A stretch of DNA of 64,000 bases from Candidatus Zixiibacteriota bacterium (GTDB lineage Bacteria; RBG-13-66-14; B26-G2; WVWN01). Below are positions 1-8,585 of the stretch, piece by piece (the first letter of the stretch is position 1; the number at the start of each line of letters is the position of its first letter). The DNA lies in contig JASFLY010000002.1 in the NCBI GenBank assembly GCA_050117845.1, positions 160,001 to 224,000 of the forward strand, in the 5' to 3' direction. The position numbers were made by a program, and so were the translations under genes. Below the pieces are notes generated by a model, which was not told where the DNA came from, did no database searches, and was given only the letters and a program-made list of their open reading frames with translations.

Positions 1-1
1 C

Positions 2-496
2 GCCGCCGTACTTACGAACGTTACCGTCGCCTTTAATCAAGGCAACCTCGATATCCTAGAAGGGGTCGTAGGCCCCTCGTTCGTCTTCTACTTCGACCCT
101 GACGACGTGGGCCAGAACCCGCCGGGGGGCAACAGTTACGTCATTCCCGAGTTCTGGAACCGTACCGAGTTCCTGGCCGCCGCCTGTAATATGTTGGAAT
201 TAGCCTACTCTATCGACCTGGCGATTCCGACCGGCGGCATAAGCCAGCCTGAACCCGGCGCCGAGACCTACCGCGCCGAGAACGTCACTATGTCGCTCCT
301 AGTCATGGTCAGCGAACTAAACGGTTACATCGCCAATCAGGGGTATTGCGACTTCGAGCTCGAGAAATACACCAACCAGGCCGGCCAGGCCCGGTGGCGT
401 CTCACCGGCTGGTGGGACAATACGCGCACTAATTTCGACGCCGGGGCCGATCCGGCGTCGCTCGGCAGAGTGCTGGCTATGTACTATAAAATGTAG
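2..496 (+). CDS. Tandem-array lipoprotein paralog 1 (5' truncated by window edge)
   Basis: Frame is open from base 2 (AAVLTNVTVAFNQGNLDILE...) into the 107..496 ORF; has family motifs DVGQNPPGG, AYSIDL, VMVxELNGYIA, WRLTGWWD and tail SLGRVLAMYY. Confidence 0.85.
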   Translation, partial: AAVLTNVTVAFNQGNLDILEGVVGPSFVFYFDPDDVGQNPPGGNSYVIPEFWNRTEFLAAACNMLELAYSIDLAIPTGGISQPEPGAETYRAENVTMSLLVMVSELNGYIANQGYCDFELEKYTNQAGQARWRLTGWWDNTRTNFDAGADPASLGRVLAMYYKM

Positions 497-508
497 GGAG
501 ACCCAATA

Positions 509-1099
509 GTGAAAAAGCTTATCACATTTGCGACATTATTGGTAATACTCGTCGTAGCCTGCGGCGAGGAAGGCATTACGATCGACGAGGCGGAACTCAC
601 CCCCGACGACGTCCTAACGAACCTGAGTGCGTCGTTTTATTATCGTGACGCCAAAACCGTGGCAGTTCTCGTCGGCCCCGACTTCGTTTTCCATTTCGAC
701 CCCTACGACGTGGGCCGAAACCCGCCGGGCGGCAGCAACTACTTCATCCCCGAATCCTGGAACCGTTCGGAGTTCCTGGCCGCCGTAGGTAATATGCTGG
801 CGTCGGCCTACTCTATCAACCTCGACATCCCGACGAGCGGCATAGGGGAACCGGCCGCCGGCGCCGGGACGTACCGCGCGGAAGGCGTCCCGGTATCGCT
901 CCTCGTAATGATAGACGAACTCAACGGTTACATCGCTAATGGCGGTTACTGCAACTTCGAATTCGAGAAATACTACGCCGCCAACGACGAACCCCGGTGG
1001 CGCCTTACCGGTTGGTGGGACAAAACGCGTGCGGACGCCGACGCCGCCTCGATACCGGCGTCGCTCGGTTGCGTGCTGGCTATGTACTATCCAACATAA
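509..1099 (+). CDS. Tandem-array lipoprotein paralog 2
   Basis: GGGAG RBS, GTG start, MKK-hydrophobic-VVAC lipobox, family motifs. Confidence 0.9.
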   Translation: MKKLITFATLLVILVVACGEEGITIDEAELTPDDVLTNLSASFYYRDAKTVAVLVGPDFVFHFDPYDVGRNPPGGSNYFIPESWNRSEFLAAVGNMLASAYSINLDIPTSGIGEPAAGAGTYRAEGVPVSLLVMIDELNGYIANGGYCNFEFEKYYAANDEPRWRLTGWWDKTRADADAASIPASLGCVLAMYYPT

Positions 1100-1112
1100 G
1101 GGAGACCCTATT

Positions 1113-1709
1113 GTGAAAAAGCTTATCGCCTTTGCGGCGTTATTGGTAATCCTCGCCCTCGCCTGCGGCGAGGAGGGCACGACCGTCGACGAACGGGAAC
1201 CCTTGGCGGCCGCGACCCCCGCCGCCGTCCTTACGAACGTTACCGTCGCCTTCAATCAAGGCAATCTCGATATCCTAGAAGCGGTCGTAGGCCCGGCCTT
1301 TATCTTCTACTTCGACGAGAGCGACGTGGGCCAAAACCCGCCCGGCGGCGGCAGTTACGTCATACCCGGGTCCTGGGGCCGCACCGAGTTCCTGGCCGCC
1401 CTGGGCAATATGTTCACCCGGGCATACTCCATCGACCTGGCGATTCCGACCGGCGGCATAGGCCAGCCGGACCCGGGCGCCGGGACGTACCGCGCCGAGA
1501 ACGTTTCGGCATCGCTCCTCGTCATGGTCGACGAGTTGAACGGCTACATCGCCAACCAGGGGTATTGCGACTTCGAGTTCGAGAAGTATACCAACCAAGC
1601 CGGCCAGGCCAGGTGGCACCTAACCGGCTGGTGGGATAATACGAATACTTATTTCGACGCCGGCTCGACGCCGACGTCGGTAGGTAAAATATTCGCGCTT
1701 TACAGGTGA
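1113..1709 (+). CDS. Tandem-array lipoprotein paralog 3
   Basis: GTG at 1113 after GGGAG (in frame with the 939..1709 ORF), ALAC lipobox, family motifs. Confidence 0.9.
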   Translation: MKKLIAFAALLVILALACGEEGTTVDEREPLAAATPAAVLTNVTVAFNQGNLDILEAVVGPAFIFYFDESDVGQNPPGGGSYVIPGSWGRTEFLAALGNMFTRAYSIDLAIPTGGIGQPDPGAGTYRAENVSASLLVMVDELNGYIANQGYCDFEFEKYTNQAGQARWHLTGWWDNTNTYFDAGSTPTSVGKIFALYR

Positions 1710-1714
1710 TACCT

Positions 1715-2332
1715 ATGAGAATTCATTCGTGGATTAAATTGTGGCTGGCGCTCGCGTTGGCGGCGCCGCTCTTCCTGGCCTGCACCGAAGAGGAATTCGC
1801 CGATGACGAGCGGGCGCGCCCCGAGGCCACGGCCCCGGCCAAAGTCCTCACTAACGTACGCATCTCGTTCAACCAGCGCAACCTCTACGTTCTGGACGAA
1901 CTCCTCGCCGGCGAGTTCTACTTCCACTTCGACGAGGACGACGTCGGCGAAAATCCGCCGGGCCTGCTCTGGTACATTATCCCCGAGACGTGGAACCGCG
2001 ACGAACTGGTGGGCGCCCTGGGCAACATGTACGTCCTGGCGTACTCCATCGACCTCGCGATCCCGACCGGCGGCGTGGGCGAGCCGGACGCCGGCGCCGA
2101 GGTCTACCGCGCCGCGGGCGTACCGGTATCGTTCACCGTAATGGTGGACGACCTCACCGGCTACACCGCCAACCAGGGCTCTTGCGACTTCGAGTTCGAG
2201 AAGTACACGAACCAATCCGGCGAGACGCGGTGGCGCCTCACCGGCTGGTGGGACAACACGCGGGTCGACGCCGACGGCCTTCAGGGGACGGAACCGGCGT
2301 CGCTCGGCGGCATATTGGCTTTTTACAGGTAA
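1715..2332 (+). CDS. Tandem-array lipoprotein paralog 4
   Basis: ATG 1715 after AGGTGA, FLAC lipobox, family motifs, tail SLGGILAFYR. Confidence 0.88.
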   Translation: MRIHSWIKLWLALALAAPLFLACTEEEFADDERARPEATAPAKVLTNVRISFNQRNLYVLDELLAGEFYFHFDEDDVGENPPGLLWYIIPETWNRDELVGALGNMYVLAYSIDLAIPTGGVGEPDAGAEVYRAAGVPVSFTVMVDDLTGYTANQGSCDFEFEKYTNQSGETRWRLTGWWDNTRVDADGLQGTEPASLGGILAFYR

Positions 2333-2353
2333 TATCCACCGGGAGGTCCGGCC

Positions 2354-2953
2354 TTGAAGAAGGTAATAACGGGGTGCGTCCTGCTCGCCCTCCTCGCGCT
2401 GTCCTGCGGCGACGACGGGGTAACGTCCGACCCCGACCCCCACTACCGCGCAGTACCCGCTTCCCCCCGCCTCGTATTGGTTAACGTCGAGACGGCCTTC
2501 AACCACCGCGACGTCAACCTCCTCAAGGCCATGCTCAGCGAGAACTTCGTCTTCTACTTCAACCCCGAAGACGTCGGCCAGAACCCGCCGGGCGGGAGCG
2601 GCTACGTCATCCCCGAGTCATGGGCGCACACGGAGTTCTGGCAGGCCGTGTACCGCTTATTCCAGTTGGCCTACTCCATCGACATGACGATCCGGGCCGG
2701 GGACGTCGGCGAGCCCGGCCCCGAGGCCACGACCTACGGGGCGGAAAATATACGGGTCGAGTTCCTCGTCATGGTCGACGAGAATAACGGCTTTATATGT
2801 GACGGGCGTTGCGATTTCGAGTTCGAGAAGTACCTCGGCGGCGACGGCCGGCATTACTGGCGCCTCACCGCCTGGTGGGATAACACGAGCCATTATTTCG
2901 ACGCCGAGGCCGTGCCCACGTCTCTCGGTAGAATACTGGCGCTTTTTCGTTAA
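2354..2953 (+). CDS. Tandem-array lipoprotein paralog 5
   Basis: GGGAGG RBS, TTG start, ALSC lipobox, family motifs. Confidence 0.9.
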   Translation: MKKVITGCVLLALLALSCGDDGVTSDPDPHYRAVPASPRLVLVNVETAFNHRDVNLLKAMLSENFVFYFNPEDVGQNPPGGSGYVIPESWAHTEFWQAVYRLFQLAYSIDMTIRAGDVGEPGPEATTYGAENIRVEFLVMVDENNGFICDGRCDFEFEKYLGGDGRHYWRLTAWWDNTSHYFDAEAVPTSLGRILALFR

Positions 2954-2974
2954 CCCGGAGGGTAGTAACTGAAG

Positions 2975-3577
2975 ATGAAGAAGCTAACGGTCGTTCTCGC
3001 GTCAGTCGCCCTCCTCGCGCTGGCCTGCGGCGGCGAGGAACTCGGCGCCGTAAAGGGGCCTACGCCGGCGGATACCGCGCCGGCCTTTGCCCTCCGGAAT
3101 ATCGAGAAAGCATGCGAACAGCGCAACATCGAACTCGTGGAAGAGGCCCTCGCGTGGAATTTCGTCTTTCATTTCAACGCCGAGGACGTGGGGCAAAAGC
3201 CGCCGGGCGGCAAAGAATACGTTATCCCCGAATCGTGGGACTATTACGAATTCCGGACGGCGGTTTATAATATGTTCGTTGCCGCTTATTCCATCGACCT
3301 TTCGATAAATAAGAAGAGCGTCGACGATCCCCCGCCGGAGGCCGAAACCTACCTCGCCGAGGGGGTTACGATCTCGTTTCTGGTTATGTCGGACGAACTC
3401 CGCGGCTATATAGCCAACCAGGGCCATTGCGACTTCGCGTTCGAGAAATACTACAATGAGAGCGACGAGCCGCGGTGGCGCCTTACCGGCTGGTGGGACG
3501 ATACCCATACGGCGGCCGACGGGTACCCGGGCGTGTCGCCGTCGACGCTAGGCCGAATGCTGGCGATGTACCAATAA
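2975..3577 (+). CDS. Tandem-array lipoprotein paralog 6
   Basis: ALAC lipobox, family motifs, tail TLGRMLAMYQ. Confidence 0.9.
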   Translation: MKKLTVVLASVALLALACGGEELGAVKGPTPADTAPAFALRNIEKACEQRNIELVEEALAWNFVFHFNAEDVGQKPPGGKEYVIPESWDYYEFRTAVYNMFVAAYSIDLSINKKSVDDPPPEAETYLAEGVTISFLVMSDELRGYIANQGHCDFAFEKYYNESDEPRWRLTGWWDDTHTAADGYPGVSPSTLGRMLAMYQ

Positions 3578-3595
3578 CCCCGCGGGAGGTAATGC

Positions 3596-4171
3596 GTGAA
3601 GAGGTTTATACTTGTAGGAATCGTAATGATGGCCTTTACGGCCGGCTGTTTCGACGACCCGCCGGAAGAGGTCAAGGAGCGTCCGGCAGCGACGTCGCCG
3701 GTAAAGGTCCTGACTTACGTTTGCTGGTCCTTCGGCCACCGCGACCTATCCCTCCTCGAGGATAGCCTGGGCCCCGCTTTCGTCTTCTACTTCGACCCCG
3801 AAGACGTGGGCCAGAACCCGCCCGGCGGCATCAACTACGTTATTCCGGAATGCTGGCGCCGCGAGGAGTTCCTGAACGCCGTGGGCAATATGTACGACCG
3901 GGCTTACTCTATCGATCTCGATATCAAAACCGACGGCGTCGGCGAGCCTAACCCCGGCGCAGAGACATTCGTGGCCGAAGAAGTACCGATATCCTTGCTG
4001 CTCATGATCGACGAACTAAACGGGTATATAGCCGACGGTGAAAACTGTTTCGAATTCGAGGAGTACGAAAACAAAAACGGCGAATCCTGTTGGTGCCTCG
4101 CCGCCTGGAGGGATGACGGAACCCACGGGGGATTAGTCACGTTCGGCCGTATATTAACGATTTACCACTAG
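3596..4171 (+). CDS. Tandem-array lipoprotein paralog 7 (divergent C-terminus)
   Basis: TAGC lipobox, family motifs; WCLAAWRD replaces WRLTGWWD. Confidence 0.88.
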   Translation: MKRFILVGIVMMAFTAGCFDDPPEEVKERPAATSPVKVLTYVCWSFGHRDLSLLEDSLGPAFVFYFDPEDVGQNPPGGINYVIPECWRREEFLNAVGNMYDRAYSIDLDIKTDGVGEPNPGAETFVAEEVPISLLLMIDELNGYIADGENCFEFEEYENKNGESCWCLAAWRDDGTHGGLVTFGRILTIYH

Positions 4172-4190
4172 CGCGACCGGGAGTTGTTAC

Positions 4191-4787
4191 ATGAAAAAGG
4201 TTTTACTTGTAGGAATCGTAATGACGGCCTTTACGGCGGGATGCTTTGATCCGCCGCCGGAAGAGATCCCGGAGATCCCGGCGCCGACGTCACCCGCCAA
4301 CGTTCTGAGTAACGTCGCCGCGTCCTTCAACCGGCCCAGCCTGTCCCTCATCGAGGACAGCCTGGGGCCCTCCTTCATCTTCCACTTCGACCCCGAAGAC
4401 GTGGGCCAAAACACGCCGACCGGGAACTTTATTATCCCGGAGTCGTGGAGTCGCAACGAGTTCCTGCGCGCCGTAGGAAACATGTATGTCCGGGCTTACA
4501 GCCTCGACATGGCGATCGGGGCCAAAGGAGTGGGCACGCCGCGGGAAGGGGAGGAGACCTACCTCGCCGAGTACGTTACGATGTCATTACTGGTAATGGT
4601 TGACGAGCTCAGCGGTTTCATCGCCGAAGGGGGCTACCAAAACTTCGAATTCGAGAAGTATAACAACGAGAAAGGCGAGGTTCGGTGGCGCCTCACCGGC
4701 TGGTGGGATCATTCCCACGCCGACTTCGACGATTCGGTCGGATCTGCGCCGTCGTCATTCGGCCGGGTGCTGGCCCTGTACTATTAA
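4191..4787 (+). CDS. Tandem-array lipoprotein paralog 8
   Basis: TAGC lipobox, family motifs. Confidence 0.9.
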   Translation: MKKVLLVGIVMTAFTAGCFDPPPEEIPEIPAPTSPANVLSNVAASFNRPSLSLIEDSLGPSFIFHFDPEDVGQNTPTGNFIIPESWSRNEFLRAVGNMYVRAYSLDMAIGAKGVGTPREGEETYLAEYVTMSLLVMVDELSGFIAEGGYQNFEFEKYNNEKGEVRWRLTGWWDHSHADFDDSVGSAPSSFGRVLALYY

Positions 4788-4806
4788 ACGCCACGGGAGG
4801 TTTTAC

Positions 4807-5418
4807 GTGAAGAAGGTATTACCCGTAGGGATAGCTGCGCTTTTACTCGTCGTCTTCGCCCTCGCCTGCGGCGACGAGGAGATAACGGAGCCCGACATCC
4901 ATTACCGCGTCTTGCCGACGTCGCCGAAGCAGGTCCTCGTAAACGTCGCGAAGGCCTTCAACCGGCGCGACGCCAACCTCCTCCGCGCGATGCTGAGCGA
5001 GAACTTCGTCTTCTACTTCGATCCGGCGGACGTGGGCCAGACCCCGCCTACGGGCAACTTTATAATACCCGAATCAGTGGGTTATACCGAGTTTTGGTTA
5101 ATGGCGAGGAATATGCTCGAGCTGGCCTACGATATACAACTCGACATCCCGACCGGCGGCGTAGGTAACCCCGAAGAAAGCGCCCAGACCTTCCGGGCCG
5201 AGAACGTTACGATATCGATACTCGTAATGGTCGACGAGCTCAACGGCTACATCGCCGACCGGGGTTACCAGAACTTCGAGTTCGAGAAATATAAAGGCGC
5301 CGAAGGCCACGATTACTGGCGCCTTACCGGCTGGTGGGACCATTCCCACGATTACTTCGACGATTCGGTCGGAGCGTCGCCGGCTACATTCGGTCGCGTT
5401 CTCGCGTTATATCGTTAA
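4807..5418 (+). CDS. Tandem-array lipoprotein paralog 9
   Basis: GTG 4807 after GGGAGG (in frame with the 4600..5418 ORF), ALAC lipobox, family motifs. Confidence 0.9.
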   Translation: MKKVLPVGIAALLLVVFALACGDEEITEPDIHYRVLPTSPKQVLVNVAKAFNRRDANLLRAMLSENFVFYFDPADVGQTPPTGNFIIPESVGYTEFWLMARNMLELAYDIQLDIPTGGVGNPEESAQTFRAENVTISILVMVDELNGYIADRGYQNFEFEKYKGAEGHDYWRLTGWWDHSHDYFDDSVGASPATFGRVLALYR

Positions 5419-5436
5419 TCCGTTAGGGAGCTATTA

Positions 5437-6039
5437 ATGAAAAAGTTGATAACCGTTCTCGCCGTTATTGCCCTTCTCGCCGTGGCGTGCGGCGACGAGG
5501 AGGTAACGGAACCCGACCTTCACTACCGCGTCCTGCCGACGTCGCCGAAGCAGGTCCTGGTGAACGTCACAACGGCCTTCAACCAGCACGACGCCAACCT
5601 CCTCCGCGCGATGCTCAGCGAGAAATTCGTGTTTTATTTCAACCCCAGCGACGTGGGCCAAAATCCCCCGGGCGGAAGCATGTACGTTATCCCCGAGTCG
5701 TGGAATTATACGGAGTTTTGGCAGGCTCTCAGTATAATGTTCGACCTGGCTTACAGCATCGACCTCGCCATCCCGACCGGGAGTATCGGCGAACCGGCCT
5801 CGGGCGCCGAAACCTACCGGGCCGAGAACGTCACGATCTCCTTATTGGTAATGGTCGACGAACTCAACGGCTACATCGCGAACCAGGGCTACTGCGACTT
5901 CGCGTTCGAGAAATACAAAGGCGCGGACGGCCACGATTACTGGCGCCTTACCGGCTGGTGGGACAACACCGCAATGGCTTATAACGAACCGGCCGCGGGG
6001 GGGACGTCGCTCGGCCGCGTGCTGGCTTTATACTTTTAA
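5437..6039 (+). CDS. Tandem-array lipoprotein paralog 10
   Basis: AVAC lipobox, family motifs. Confidence 0.9.
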   Translation: MKKLITVLAVIALLAVACGDEEVTEPDLHYRVLPTSPKQVLVNVTTAFNQHDANLLRAMLSEKFVFYFNPSDVGQNPPGGSMYVIPESWNYTEFWQALSIMFDLAYSIDLAIPTGSIGEPASGAETYRAENVTISLLVMVDELNGYIANQGYCDFAFEKYKGADGHDYWRLTGWWDNTAMAYNEPAAGGTSLGRVLALYF

Positions 6040-6057
6040 CCCGTAAGGGAGAGGTGA

Positions 6058-6657
6058 ATGAAAAAGCTAATAACCGCCGCCGCTCTGCTGGCCCTCCTCG
6101 TCGCCGCCTGCGACGACGGGCCGGACGAAGAACCGGAACAAGGGGAAGTCGTTAACGCGATGCCCTCGGGCGTCCTCACGAACATCAGCGTGTCCTTTAA
6201 TCGCCGGGACGTCGAAATCGTCGAAGGGGCCCTGGGGCCGGCCTTCACCTTTTATTTCAGTCCTGAAGACGTGGGCCAGAACCCGCCGGGCGGCAGTAAC
6301 TACGTCATTCCCGAGTCCTGGGGATATACGGAATTCCGCCTTGCCGTGGCGAGGATGTTCCGCAAGGCGTACTCCATCGACCTGGCGATTCCGACCGGGA
6401 GTATAGGCGGACCGGCCTCGGGCGCCGAGACCTACCGCGCCGAGAACGTAACGATATCGCTTCTCGTCATGGTCGACGAACTCAACGGCTTCATCGCGAA
6501 CCAGGGCTATTGCGACTTCGCGTTCGAGAAGTACAAAGGCGCCGACGGCCGCGATTACTGGCGACTGACCGGCTGGTGGGACAACACCGCATCGGCCTAC
6601 GACGAACCGGCAGTGGCACCGACGTCGCTCGGCCGCGTACTCGCCGTATTTAATTAA
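6058..6657 (+). CDS. Tandem-array lipoprotein paralog 11
   Basis: VAAC lipobox, family motifs. Confidence 0.9.
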   Translation: MKKLITAAALLALLVAACDDGPDEEPEQGEVVNAMPSGVLTNISVSFNRRDVEIVEGALGPAFTFYFSPEDVGQNPPGGSNYVIPESWGYTEFRLAVARMFRKAYSIDLAIPTGSIGGPASGAETYRAENVTISLLVMVDELNGFIANQGYCDFAFEKYKGADGRDYWRLTGWWDNTASAYDEPAVAPTSLGRVLAVFN

Positions 6658-6674
6658 CCCTCCGGGAGAGGTGA

Positions 6675-7256
6675 ATGAAAAAGCTGATAATCGCCGCCGC
6701 TCTGCTGGCCCTCCTTGTCGCCGCCTGCGACGACGGCCCCGACGAAACGGAAGAGCTGGCTGCCGAGGCCACGACGCCGGCCCTGGCCATTAACAACGTT
6801 ACGGTATCGTTCAACTCCCGCGACGTGGCCTACCTCGAGCGCGTCATGGCGGGGGAGTTCGTCTTCCATTTCAACCCGGACGACGTGGGCCAGAACCCGC
6901 CGGGCGGCAGTAACTACGTTATCCCTGAGTCCTGGGGGTATGCCGAGTTCCGCTATGTTATACTTCGGATGTATAAAAGCGCTTACTCCATCGACCTGGC
7001 GATCCCGACCGGGAGCATCGGCGAACCGGCGGAAAGCGCCGAGATATACCGCGCCGAGAACGTAACGATATCCTTTCTCGTGATGATAGACGAGCTTAAC
7101 GGCTACATCGCGAACCAGGGCTATTGCGTTTTCGAGTTCGAGAAGTACTACGAGAACGGCGAAGGCCGGTGGCGCCTTACCGGCTGGTGGGACAATACCG
7201 CAACGGCCTGCGACGAACCGACGTCGGTCGGGCGTATCCTGGCGCATTTCAGGTGA
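6675..7256 (+). CDS. Tandem-array lipoprotein paralog 12
   Basis: VAAC lipobox, family motifs, tail SVGRILAHFR. Confidence 0.9.
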   Translation: MKKLIIAAALLALLVAACDDGPDETEELAAEATTPALAINNVTVSFNSRDVAYLERVMAGEFVFHFNPDDVGQNPPGGSNYVIPESWGYAEFRYVILRMYKSAYSIDLAIPTGSIGEPAESAEIYRAENVTISFLVMIDELNGYIANQGYCVFEFEKYYENGEGRWRLTGWWDNTATACDEPTSVGRILAHFR

Positions 7257-7260
7257 TCGT

Positions 7261-8556
7261 ATGAAACGTATAACTTTAACCGTATTGGGGTTGGCGGTGC
7301 TGGCCCTGGCGGCCTCGGCCTCGGCGGCCGAAGCCCCCCTCGTCCGGCACCTCAAGATAGAGGGCGTCGTCAGCCCCATCATGGCGGAGTTCATCGTCGA
7401 CGGAATAAACGACGCGGAAGAGGACGGCGCGTCGCTGGTCGTGATTTCCCTCGACACCCCCGGCGGCCTGGACCCCTCCATGCGAAAGATTATCAAGAAG
7501 ATCCTCGCGTCCCGGGTACCGGTGGCCGTTTACGTGTCGCCGCCGGGAGGCCGGGCCGCGAGCGCCGGGACCTTCATCGCGATGGCGGCCCACGTCGCCG
7601 CGATGGCGCCCAACACCTCCATCGGCGCCGCCCACCCCGTGACGCTCGGCATGGGCGGCGAGGGCGCCGACGAGACCATGACCGAGAAGATAACCAACGA
7701 CGCGGTCTCCTACATCAAGAGCCTGGCCCGGCGGCGGGGCCGGAACGAGGACTGGGCCGAGCGCGCCGTCCGCAAGTCGGCCTCGCTCAACGCCGAGGAC
7801 GCCGTCGCCGAGAACGTCGTGGACTTCGTGGCCGAGGACCTGGGCGACCTGTTGAAGAAGGTCGACGGCCGGAAGGTCAAGGTCGCGAACTGCCCCATGA
7901 CCATCAACGTCAAGGGCGCCCGCGTCGAGGAGGAGACGCCCGACATCCGCGAGCGCTTCCTCGCCGTCGTGACCGACCCCAACGTCGCGTACATCCTGCT
8001 TATAATCGGCTTCTACGGCATCATCTTCGAGCTGTCCAACCCCGGCTCCATCCTGCCGGGCGTGGCGGGCGGCATCTGCATAATCCTCGCCTTCTACGCG
8101 TTGTCCACGCTGCCCGTCAACTACGCCGGCCTGGCACTAATCATCTTCGCGATAATCCTCTTCATCGCGGAGGTCAAAGTAACCAGCAAAGGCCTCCTCG
8201 CCGTCGGAGGTACGTTATCGATGTTACTCGGTTCAATATTGCTGATAGACACGCCCGCCACCTACATAAAAATATCCTGGACCGTAATCGTCCCGGCGGT
8301 CGTAACGACCGTACTCTTCTTCCTCTTCGCCGTCGGCATGGGCCTTCGCGCCCAGAAGCGCAAGCCCACCACCGGCGAGAAGGGGATGCTGGGGGCCCGC
8401 GGCCGGGCGGTAACCGCCGTGGGACCGGGGGGGGGCCAGGTCTTCGTCCACGGAGAATACTGGCAGGCCACGTCCATCGAGGAAGTCCCCGAGGGCGCCG
8501 CGGTCGAGGTGATCCGGGCCGAAGGGCTGGGCGTCGAAGTCCGACGGGCGTCCTAG
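7261..8556 (+). CDS. nfeD: Long-form NfeD membrane-bound ClpP-class serine protease
   Basis: Signal peptide, LDTPGG, AASAG, TSIGAAHPV, EKITND, TM region, C-terminal GQVFVHGEYWQA OB-fold. Confidence 0.92.
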   Translation: MKRITLTVLGLAVLALAASASAAEAPLVRHLKIEGVVSPIMAEFIVDGINDAEEDGASLVVISLDTPGGLDPSMRKIIKKILASRVPVAVYVSPPGGRAASAGTFIAMAAHVAAMAPNTSIGAAHPVTLGMGGEGADETMTEKITNDAVSYIKSLARRRGRNEDWAERAVRKSASLNAEDAVAENVVDFVAEDLGDLLKKVDGRKVKVANCPMTINVKGARVEEETPDIRERFLAVVTDPNVAYILLIIGFYGIIFELSNPGSILPGVAGGICIILAFYALSTLPVNYAGLALIIFAIILFIAEVKVTSKGLLAVGGTLSMLLGSILLIDTPATYIKISWTVIVPAVVTTVLFFLFAVGMGLRAQKRKPTTGEKGMLGARGRAVTAVGPGGGQVFVHGEYWQATSIEEVPEGAAVEVIRAEGLGVEVRRAS

Positions 8557-8585
8557 GGCCTCCCGCGAAGGCGCAGGGATAACAC

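Noticed and set aside
1..7256. Diversity-generating retroelement or integron behind the lipoprotein array
   Set aside because: No reverse transcriptase or integrase in the window, differences are not evidently adenine-specific, and spacers are too short for attC sites; genes left of the window cannot be excluded
8427..8435. G9 tract in nfeD as a phase-variation site
   Set aside because: It is in frame, encodes PGGG and is plausible by chance in high-GC DNA; no evidence of slippage
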